Assembly (NCBI GenBank): GCA_031400975.1
Contig: JANNQX010000147.1
Location: 393 to 64,392 of the forward strand
Source of the DNA: Gemmatimonadota bacterium
GTDB taxonomy: Bacteria; Gemmatimonadota; Gemmatimonadetes; Gemmatimonadales; GWC2-71-9
Length of the DNA: 64,000 bases
Direction: 5' to 3'
The notes under the pieces are model-generated. The model worked only from the letters and a program-made list of their open reading frames with translations, ran no database searches and had not been told where the DNA came from. A program made the translations under genes and the position numbers. This document shows, piece after piece, positions 40,513 to 48,389 of the stretch; position 1 is the stretch's first letter, and every line of letters starts with the position of its first letter.

Positions 40513-41327
40513 TGCTGGGGCGGGTGCCCGGGCTGACCGATCTCGCGCCGGTGGCGACTCGGGACGGTAGCGAGATCTGGCGAGCCCGTTGGAGGGGCGG
40601 CTCGTTGGTGGCGGTCAAGCTCCTCACGTCGGCCCGGCCCGACCGGGTCGCTCGCTTCGACATCGAAGGTCGCATCCTGATGGCGGTCGGGGGCCGGTGC
40701 GGTCTCGTCGGATTGGTGGCGCGACTGACCGATCCTCCGGCGTTGGTCCTCGAGTATCTATGCTCCGGCCATCTCGGCGACCGGATCCGGGCGGGCTCGG
40801 CCGGCCGGCCGATCGCCGAGGCGTGCCGGGTTTTGGCGCGAGTCGCCGAGGCCACCGCGTGGCTCCACCGGAATGACATCATTCATCGGGACATCAAACC
40901 CTCGAACATTCTGCTCGGCGAACCGGATCAAGTTCGCCTCAGTGACCTCGGAGTCGCCGCGTGGGGCCGTCCCCCGCGGGGATTGCCACCGGGGTTCGTG
41001 GAGGAGGAGGTGGGAACCCTTGGCTGGGCGGCGCCCGAACTACTCCAGCACCCCGGCACGGCTACGGTCGCGGTCGATATCTACGGGCTCGGAGCCACGC
41101 TATACGAGTTGCTCACCGGGCACCTCCCGTACGATTTCGGGGCAACCGAATCGACCGAGTCATACCGGGTCCGAATCAGAGACGGCGAACCAGCGGTTCC
41201 GATCCAGGATCGGGCCACCATCCCGGCGGCCTTGGCGGCGGTGGTTGACGCCGCCTTGGCGACTGAGCCGGACCGCCGGCCCGAATCGGCCGAGGCGTTC
41301 GGTGCTCAGGTCCTCAGATTTGCCTAA
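40512..41327 (+). CDS. Soluble Ser/Thr kinase (kinase domain only)
   Basis: VAVK, HRDIKPSN, DLG, GTLGWAAPE, DIYGLG; Gly-rich loop absent; TGATG coupling. Confidence 0.85.
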   Translation: MLGRVPGLTDLAPVATRDGSEIWRARWRGGSLVAVKLLTSARPDRVARFDIEGRILMAVGGRCGLVGLVARLTDPPALVLEYLCSGHLGDRIRAGSAGRPIAEACRVLARVAEATAWLHRNDIIHRDIKPSNILLGEPDQVRLSDLGVAAWGRPPRGLPPGFVEEEVGTLGWAAPELLQHPGTATVAVDIYGLGATLYELLTGHLPYDFGATESTESYRVRIRDGEPAVPIQDRATIPAALAAVVDAALATEPDRRPESAEAFGAQVLRFA

Positions 41328-42514
41328 CGAGCCGGCACGGTGTACCGATCGCGGCGATCGCGATACCGGTCGATGTGGAGGTGGAGACCGGTGCCGGCCC
41401 GGTCGGCCAGGCCGGCGGCTAGGGCGGCCCTGATCTGGCGCTGGAGGATGTCGTCACTGGAAAAATCCTTGACTCGAACGCCGACGGCCCCGAAACCGGC
41501 GATCAGGAATCCAATCTGCTCCCGGGAGAGATTCTTGACCCGAATGTCGAGCGCCCCGCCCGGTCCGTACAAGGAGAGGTGCTCGGGGTGGTCGGCTCCG
41601 GTGACCTCGATGTCCCGGGTGAAGCGCCGCCGGAATCCGATCCCAACTTGCTCAACCGCCACTCGAAACTGATCGGTCGACAACCGGGCCGGAAGGTTCT
41701 TGCTAAGGTCCATCCGACGACCGCCACCCCGCGAAAAGCCGGCCGGGGCGTCAAGCTGGTTGAAGCGATACACGTCGTAGACGGTGGCGGCCAGAGCCTC
41801 GATGGTCGGCCTGACGAACCGGTTGTCGGCGAGGAGGCTCTTTTCAAAGCCCGCCAGCGCCAAAGCGAATTCTTCCCGGGCGGCGTCCCGAAGCCCGAGT
41901 TCGAGGAGCGTCGATCCTCGCTCGATCGAACGACTCGATTCCGCCATGAGCGAATCGTAGAGCTGAATTTCCCGATAGGTGAACGAATCAGCCGGCTGAC
42001 CGGCCGCTACCTGAGCTTTGGACCAGGCGCGGTACCCGACATAGGCGCCGCCGATGGCCACCACGGCAAGAACGACGAGCAGGGCCGTCGCCCAACCAGG
42101 AAACCGCCCTTGGGGCGAGGCGGCCTTTCGAGGCCGTGACGGCTGACCTGGCGGGGAGGGAGTTGGGGTCGGCGCAGGTCGCGGGGTCACCGGGGCGGGA
42201 GGATCGATTCGCCCCTCTCCGATCGCCACATCCCATTTGGCCACCGGTCCAATCTCGATCCGGTCTCGGTCGCGGAGCTGGGTCGATTTGGTGACGGGCC
42301 GGCCGCCGATCCGAGGCGATGGGGCCCCGGGGAACGGCGAGAAGTAGACGCCGTCGGGGTGGAGCGTGATCGACGCATGTCGCTCGGCCACGCCCGGGAG
42401 TGAGCTTCGGAGGGCCGCGTTGCCACCCGACCCAATCCAAAACGGCGACCGATCCACGGTGACCGGGGCCCCTTGGGTCGGGGGCACCGGGATTAGCCGA
42501 ACGGGCGAGGACAC
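41324..42514 (-). CDS. Degenerate FHA + TM + C-terminal M15/LAS-like metallopeptidase-type domain
   Basis: FWIGS..VAERHA..LRDRDRIEIG; TM; EH..YG.GGALDIRV and terminal HLHID. Confidence 0.6.
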   Translation of the reverse strand: MSSPVRLIPVPPTQGAPVTVDRSPFWIGSGGNAALRSSLPGVAERHASITLHPDGVYFSPFPGAPSPRIGGRPVTKSTQLRDRDRIEIGPVAKWDVAIGEGRIDPPAPVTPRPAPTPTPSPPGQPSRPRKAASPQGRFPGWATALLVVLAVVAIGGAYVGYRAWSKAQVAAGQPADSFTYREIQLYDSLMAESSRSIERGSTLLELGLRDAAREEFALALAGFEKSLLADNRFVRPTIEALAATVYDVYRFNQLDAPAGFSRGGGRRMDLSKNLPARLSTDQFRVAVEQVGIGFRRRFTRDIEVTGADHPEHLSLYGPGGALDIRVKNLSREQIGFLIAGFGAVGVRVKDFSSDDILQRQIRAALAAGLADRAGTGLHLHIDRYRDRRDRYTVPAR

Positions 42515-42529
42515 GAACCGACTCCGCCG

Positions 42530-44275
42530 CTACGAGCCCTTCGCAACCGCCGCTCGCAGCTTGCCGACCTCGGCCTGGGCTTTGGGATGGCCCTTCCTCG
42601 CGGCCTTCTCCATCCACTCCAGAGCGACCGTGTTTGACTTTCCGACCGCGTCTCCATTCTTGTAGAGCAGGGCCATCTGATATTGGGCTTCCGTGACATC
42701 CTTTGCGGCGGCCCGTTCGTACCACCTGAGGCCCTCCGACTTATTTCGATCGATGCCTTCGCCCTTCATGAGCGCCCGGCCCAAAGCGGCCATGGCCTCG
42801 CCATTGCCCGCATCGGCCGCCTTGGTGAACAACCGGACCGCCTGTTCACGGTCGCGGCGAATGCCCCCGCCACCTTCGAGAAGCAATCGGCCGTAGTAAT
42901 ACTGGGCTTTGGCGTTTCCGGCGTCGGCGGCTTTTCGATACCAGTCGGCTGCGGCGACGCGGTTGACCGGGGTTCCCAATCCCTTCTCGAACATGAAGCC
43001 GAGGATTTGCTGAGCAAGAACACCGCCAGCCCCGCCCTCCACCTCGCACTGTTTCAGGACTTGGTCCCAGTCTTGGCTCGCATTGAACGAGGTGGAGCAA
43101 CTGCTCTTGGCCTCTGGTTTCGATTCCACCGCGCCCACTTTGGGCGGGTCGTTCTTGGTGATGACGACCGCTTTCTTCGGAACGGGAGGTGGCGCCGGTT
43201 TCTTGACTCGAGTGAGTCGGGGACCCCAGGTGCTGATGTCGCCGGCCACCAGATCGATTGTTTCCTCGACGGGTTCGAACCCTTGGGCTTCGGCTCGGAT
43301 CTGATGAGAGCCGCTGGCGAGGCGGATCGCCCCGAGTGACACGGTTTCTCCGTCGACGGTGATCAAGGCGGAACCGGGCAAGTTCCCACCGATTTGGAGC
43401 GTCGCGGAATCGGGCGTTGGGGGCTCCGGGCGCGGCACCGGGGGCGGTGCCAGCACGGCCGTTTCGGGAACTTCGGTCGGGGTTTGGTTGCGCCACCACA
43501 TTACACCCAACGCCGTAAGCAGGATCAACGCCCCTGTGGCCAGGCCGGCCATGAGCGGGTTCCGGGCCGGCGGTACAGGGGGCGGCGGCGGGGTGGCGGC
43601 CGTCTTCGTCGCGGTCGTCGTGGTCGGTGCCGTCATCTGGGGCAGGGCCTGAGTCGCGGGGACCCGGCCGAGTTCGCCGAGGACCTCGTACTCACTTCCC
43701 ACGGCCCGCTCGACGGCTTGAAGCAGCTTGGTATCGGGCTTCGGCGCACTGGATCCGGCACCGAGGTCTTGAGCGTACCGGCCCAGGACATTGGTACCGG
43801 CTAAGTCATACACCTGATTTCCCGAGGCGGAGTCGGCCCGCTTGTGAAGGCGAAGCGCCGCCAACCGACCGGCTGCTCGTTCCCTGACAATGAATACGGG
43901 GTTGCCGGTGCCGTGGTCCATCCGGCCCAGGTACTCGTATTGGGTTCCAGTGGCTTGCTTGACCGCCTCGACGACGTCATCCGCTCCGCCGGTCGGTACC
44001 GCGGACAGGTCGGCGCCGCACTTGGCGCAGAACTTGGCCCCTGAGGTCACGACCCGCTGACAGGCGCCGCATCGTTCCTCAAGGCCGGGAAGCGAGGCGT
44101 CGAGCCGGCGAAGCACCTCGAGCCACATTGAGCTGGGGGAGGATCCGGGGTGGAGCTGGAGGGCCACCAGATGTTGGGTCCGGCGCTCCCGGGCCAGATA
44201 GAGAATCCGGTCCTTGGAACCCTGCAAGGAGGGCGGCACCGCATGGAGCTGGGTCATCCCAGTGTAATCGGTCAT
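42530..44275 (-). CDS. Zn ribbon + kinase N-lobe-like repeats + TM + PEGA + 4 SEL1 repeats
   Basis: CGAC..CAKC; YEYLGRM..VRERAAGRLAAL; TM; PGSALITVDG..GSHQIRAEAQGF; four AQ..LG..Y..G.G....A..WY.KAA repeats. Confidence 0.8.
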   Translation of the reverse strand: MTDYTGMTQLHAVPPSLQGSKDRILYLARERRTQHLVALQLHPGSSPSSMWLEVLRRLDASLPGLEERCGACQRVVTSGAKFCAKCGADLSAVPTGGADDVVEAVKQATGTQYEYLGRMDHGTGNPVFIVRERAAGRLAALRLHKRADSASGNQVYDLAGTNVLGRYAQDLGAGSSAPKPDTKLLQAVERAVGSEYEVLGELGRVPATQALPQMTAPTTTTATKTAATPPPPPVPPARNPLMAGLATGALILLTALGVMWWRNQTPTEVPETAVLAPPPVPRPEPPTPDSATLQIGGNLPGSALITVDGETVSLGAIRLASGSHQIRAEAQGFEPVEETIDLVAGDISTWGPRLTRVKKPAPPPVPKKAVVITKNDPPKVGAVESKPEAKSSCSTSFNASQDWDQVLKQCEVEGGAGGVLAQQILGFMFEKGLGTPVNRVAAADWYRKAADAGNAKAQYYYGRLLLEGGGGIRRDREQAVRLFTKAADAGNGEAMAALGRALMKGEGIDRNKSEGLRWYERAAAKDVTEAQYQMALLYKNGDAVGKSNTVALEWMEKAARKGHPKAQAEVGKLRAAVAKGS

Positions 44276-44337
44276 CGGAGGCTCCCGGTCGGTTCAAACG
44301 ATCGACGGCTGGTGGCGACAGTGGGCATGGCGACCTC

Positions 44338-47300
44338 CTACCTCCAGTACTGGGTCATATAGAGACGATGGTTCGGCCGGGTATTCCGCTGGCCGAGTTG
44401 GCAGAAAGCGAAGTGGCTCGCCGCGATCGTCTTGAGCCGCTCGGCGTCGGGCTTGGAGGCGGCCCGCACCAGGAAGACCGAACCAGACCGGAGTTCCCAG
44501 TCGCGGCCGGTCTCGACCACCTGGAGCTGATTCCGGTCGTAGGGGGTGCACTCTTCCTTCTTGATCTCGGTCCGCAAGTCGGAGGGAGATTTCCAATACT
44601 CGACGTAGTACGAGGTCGAATCGGGCCGGTTGGTGCGACGGCCGACATAGCAGTGCTGCTTGTAGCGCTTGGCCAGATTCATCGCTCGCTCGGCCTCGTC
44701 CTTTTTGTCGAAACGGAGCAAGGCCTGGCCCTGATGCTGGACCATCCACCCGCGCTCCTTGTCGTTCTTGAGCCCGAGCAACGAGGGCTCGTAGCTCAGG
44801 CAGTCCTCGCCCCCGGCGACGGAGACGCTCACGCTATCGCTCCGGACTGTGACGTTCGCGGTCGCGGTCTTGGCTTCGACCCGGACCGTAATGACGGCTC
44901 GGCCCACGGCCTTGGCGGTCACCTCCCCGTCGCCGACGGTGGCGACCCCCGGATCGCTGGAGGTCCACTCCGCCGGCCGATCGAGACGTTGTCCGGTGGC
45001 GTCGGTGACGGTTGGGTTGAGCCGGCGGGTCTCGCCGATCGCCAAGGTGAGACCGCTGGGTGCGAGTCGCACCCTCTCGACCGACGGGGCGGCCACGTTG
45101 ATCTGGACATTGATGGGGCTGATCTTGGCGGCCCTGGCGGTGATGACGGTATTCCCAACCCGCTTCGGCAGTACGATGACCGTATCGCCGGCAACGGACA
45201 GCGTCTGCGCGATCGCTGTGTCGCCGGTGACCTCCCAGGTGAGCGACCGGGCGGGCACCCGCTCGCCTTTCTGGTTCTTGATCGTTCCTACGATCCTGGC
45301 CGGGATCCCGAGGGTCGCGGCCACATTGGGAGGGAGGACTTCGATCGATAGAACGGTTTTGGGGATGAGCATATAGACCGCGATCGCCAGCGCGATCAGG
45401 ACCGGAATCACCCCAGTTGGGAGCAGGGCTCGGTGGCCGAACTGGGCCCTGGCCATGGTCGCTTCGGCCGGCATCCCGGCCGTCCGTCCATCGAGCCGAT
45501 CGACCTTGATGGTGCAGGACCGATTTTCCATCGCTCCCAAAGGACGGACTCGGCCCCGGACCGTGAGATCGATGGTGGCACCGACGCCCTGGTCGAGTGA
45601 AATCTCCGGCTGAGAGACGTGGTACCTGAGGGCCCGATCCTCGTCAGCGGCGCTGATACCGCACCGAACCATCGCGTTGCCATGGTTGGTGACGGCGACT
45701 CTGAAGGTGGCCTTCCGAAAGCCGGTGGCTCGGGCAGGCGTTACCACGACCGAGGTGTCGAAGTAGGGGAGGACCGTCCAGCTCATGCCGACAGTGCCGA
45801 CCTCTCCCGACACCGAGGCGACGGCGGAGATATCAACCTCGTAATCGCCGGCGACGTTCTCGGCCGCCCGGGGGACTCGAATGGTGAGGGGGACCGTGGC
45901 TCGTCCGTCCGGCACCAGTTGGATCCGCTCGGTCGGTAGTTCGGCCCACGCCTCCGGCGAGCCTCCGGGTCCCCGGACGCCCTCGACCCGGAGCACGAAG
46001 TGCTCGACTCTCTTACTGGTGTTGGCGATGGTGACGTTGACAATCGCCACCTGTTCGGGCGTTAGGGTCAGGTTGGTCGGCTCGACGACCACCATCACAA
46101 GCCTCGAGGTCCGGCCTTTCGGTCGCGGTTTGTCGGCTCCCGGCCGGTCTGGAGCCGGTTTGTTGGGCCGAGCGGGCGGGGGCCCCACGATCGAATCACC
46201 CAGCCCGCCAGGAGCCAGCGGCACGAACGGCTGGTCGTTTTCGAGTGGTACCGGGATCTGCACCGGGCCTCCGGCCCCGACCTTCCATCCCAACGCCGCC
46301 TCGGGTGAGGCCGGCGGCACCCTCAATCGGGGCGGGGGCGGAGGTGGAGGCGCCGCCGGCACTGGCCCCGGCGATCCGAGGTCGAGGTTGATCTGCCAGC
46401 GGCCCTCGGCCGAGCGCGGTAGTTCCGCCGGTGGCGGCGGGGGCGGCTGCGGAGCTCGTTCGCCTTGGGTCGGCGCGAAGTTGACCACGATATGTGACGG
46501 GTCGGGGCCGGCCGGTCGCTGGGAGGCCGGAGTGCCGAGGTTGACGACGACTTCACCACCCAATCGAAGCTCGGCCAGGGCGTGCTCGACCGCATGAGCC
46601 GTGGGGTAGCGCGCGGCGGGGTCTTTCTCGAGGCAGCGGAGCACGATCTGCTCAAGAGCCGGGGGCAGGGTCGGCACATTGAGGCTCGGCCGAGGCACCG
46701 GACTCGAGAGGTGTTTTTCGAAGGCGTCCTTCAGGGTCTTCACTTGAAAGGGTGGTCCGCCGGCGACGGCTTCGTAGAGCACCACACCTAACGAATAGAC
46801 GTCGCTCCGGGCGTCGACGTTGCCCTTGAAGTGCTCCGGTGACAGGTAGGGCAACGACCCGAACGCCATGTTCCCGCCGATCGTGGCCCCGAGTTCGGCC
46901 AGGCGGGTGAGGCCGAAATCGGCGACCATCGCCGTGGCGTTGCCGAATCCGGCTTGGCCGCTGCTTCGCTGGATCAAGACATTTTCGGGCTTGAGGTCGC
47001 GATGGAGCAGGCCTGCCGCGTGGGCCGCCGCCACGCCGTCGGCGACCTGGCGAAGCAGTAACACCGCACGAGCGAGGGGCAACTCCTGCTGAAACTGCTG
47101 AAGGAGGCCGCGGAGCGAGCCATCGGGGAGATACGGCTGGATCAGGTAGAACCGGCCGGCGGCCTCGCCGTATTGTTCGATCGAGATGATGTTCGGATGA
47201 CGAATGGCAGCGGCAGGTCTGACGATCTCCACAAAGCGATCGGCGAACCCCCGGTCATGAACAAAATGATCATGGAGCAGCTTGACGACGACCTGGCGGC

Positions 47301-47403
47301 CATTGTCCACGCGACGGGCTAAGTAGCTCTCGCCGAGAAAGCCCTTCCCGAGGGCCCGCTCGAACCGAGCGCCGGCGATGACGGTGCCGATTTGAGTGCT
47401 CAC
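44338..47403 (-). CDS. CIS-associated transmembrane Ser/Thr kinase (kinase, Pro-rich linker, tandem Ig-like domains, TM, 2x Big_2, duplicated Cys domain)
   Basis: GKGFLG, VVVK, HRDLKPEN, DFG, GSLPYLSPE, DVYSLG; GTG 47403 overlaps the stop of the FHA-tail gene (GTGA). Confidence 0.88.
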   Translation of the reverse strand: MSTQIGTVIAGARFERALGKGFLGESYLARRVDNGRQVVVKLLHDHFVHDRGFADRFVEIVRPAAAIRHPNIISIEQYGEAAGRFYLIQPYLPDGSLRGLLQQFQQELPLARAVLLLRQVADGVAAAHAAGLLHRDLKPENVLIQRSSGQAGFGNATAMVADFGLTRLAELGATIGGNMAFGSLPYLSPEHFKGNVDARSDVYSLGVVLYEAVAGGPPFQVKTLKDAFEKHLSSPVPRPSLNVPTLPPALEQIVLRCLEKDPAARYPTAHAVEHALAELRLGGEVVVNLGTPASQRPAGPDPSHIVVNFAPTQGERAPQPPPPPPAELPRSAEGRWQINLDLGSPGPVPAAPPPPPPPRLRVPPASPEAALGWKVGAGGPVQIPVPLENDQPFVPLAPGGLGDSIVGPPPARPNKPAPDRPGADKPRPKGRTSRLVMVVVEPTNLTLTPEQVAIVNVTIANTSKRVEHFVLRVEGVRGPGGSPEAWAELPTERIQLVPDGRATVPLTIRVPRAAENVAGDYEVDISAVASVSGEVGTVGMSWTVLPYFDTSVVVTPARATGFRKATFRVAVTNHGNAMVRCGISAADEDRALRYHVSQPEISLDQGVGATIDLTVRGRVRPLGAMENRSCTIKVDRLDGRTAGMPAEATMARAQFGHRALLPTGVIPVLIALAIAVYMLIPKTVLSIEVLPPNVAATLGIPARIVGTIKNQKGERVPARSLTWEVTGDTAIAQTLSVAGDTVIVLPKRVGNTVITARAAKISPINVQINVAAPSVERVRLAPSGLTLAIGETRRLNPTVTDATGQRLDRPAEWTSSDPGVATVGDGEVTAKAVGRAVITVRVEAKTATANVTVRSDSVSVSVAGGEDCLSYEPSLLGLKNDKERGWMVQHQGQALLRFDKKDEAERAMNLAKRYKQHCYVGRRTNRPDSTSYYVEYWKSPSDLRTEIKKEECTPYDRNQLQVVETGRDWELRSGSVFLVRAASKPDAERLKTIAASHFAFCQLGQRNTRPNHRLYMTQYWR

Positions 47404-48380
47404 GCGGCGAACTCCAGGGTATAGCCGACATGCGCCGGTTTGTGGGCCGCGACCAGGTACTCGATGAAATCCCGCCGGACGTCGCTGTTCGGCGGAATTG
47501 TGACCTTGATCTGAAAGGTATGCGGGCGGGCCGGGTTTTCGGAAATCACCGGGGTGATCCCGGTGCAGACTTCGATCATTCGGGACAGGCCATACCGAGT
47601 CCCGCGCCATCGGTACAGTTCCATGGCCTCCCGGAGCAGGCGGCGGCGGCGCGGCTCCGGCCAGTGACGGTCGACCGATAGCTGGAGCCAGCCCGCGAGC
47701 CACGAAAGGAACTCGGCGGGGCAGGTGCGCGGATCGTAGTACATCGCGATCTCGCTCTGGCGCCGTTCCAGGGGTTCCCAGAGGCTCTCGAAAATGAGCA
47801 GCATCCGGCCGAGGAAGGGGATCTTCGGGGCGGTCGTCTCGGAAAGATCGGCCGGCCCGCTGGCGGTGGCCGATGCCCCGTCGTCCTGGAAGATGGCCGG
47901 CAGGTCGTAGAGATAGCGACTGCAGGGGCCGAGGGCGCTCGGCGCGGGGAACCGGGGCCGAGCCTCGATCGGGACGATGTTGTGTTCGCTGGGGCGAGGG
48001 GGCGGGGTCCAGGCCTCGGTGGCGACAATCCCGGCCGGCCGGCTGGGGATCTCGATCCGGATGCCCGCCGTCGCCCACGTGAGCACGAAGGGGCCGATCC
48101 GAATCGGATCGCCCGGCGGTACCACGACGGGCCGGCTCGGCAACAGGGTTTCCGTCCCGACGAATGTTCCGGCCGCGCTGCCCAGGTCGGTAACGACAAG
48201 TCCGCTGTCTTCGAGGCGAATCTCGGCGTGCCGGCGCGAGACGCTATGATGCGGGAGCACCACGCCGTTGTCGGGGAGGCGCCCGACGGTGAGCGGGGCG
48301 GCTCCAAGGGTCAGCGTTCGGACGACCTCGCCTTCGAGCGAGATCGTAAGGATCGGCGATCCGGGTGGTGGTCCAACCAT
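47400..48380 (-). CDS. FHA domain fused to phage tail protein I/baseplate wedge (Tail_P2_I-like)
   Basis: N-terminal VGRLPDN..SVSRRHA..DLGS..GT; C-terminal YLYDLPAIFQ, YYDPRTCP.EFL.WLA.W, LYRWRGT, HKPAHV. Confidence 0.9.
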   Translation of the reverse strand: MVGPPPGSPILTISLEGEVVRTLTLGAAPLTVGRLPDNGVVLPHHSVSRRHAEIRLEDSGLVVTDLGSAAGTFVGTETLLPSRPVVVPPGDPIRIGPFVLTWATAGIRIEIPSRPAGIVATEAWTPPPRPSEHNIVPIEARPRFPAPSALGPCSRYLYDLPAIFQDDGASATASGPADLSETTAPKIPFLGRMLLIFESLWEPLERRQSEIAMYYDPRTCPAEFLSWLAGWLQLSVDRHWPEPRRRRLLREAMELYRWRGTRYGLSRMIEVCTGITPVISENPARPHTFQIKVTIPPNSDVRRDFIEYLVAAHKPAHVGYTLEFAA

Positions 48381-48389
48381 GGGTTTCGC

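Noticed and set aside
47404-48078. N-terminal extension of the 1246-aa kinase ORF in the track
   Set aside because: Overlaps the FHA-tail gene in another frame and reads as junk; the GTG at 47403 coupled to the upstream stop is the plausible start.
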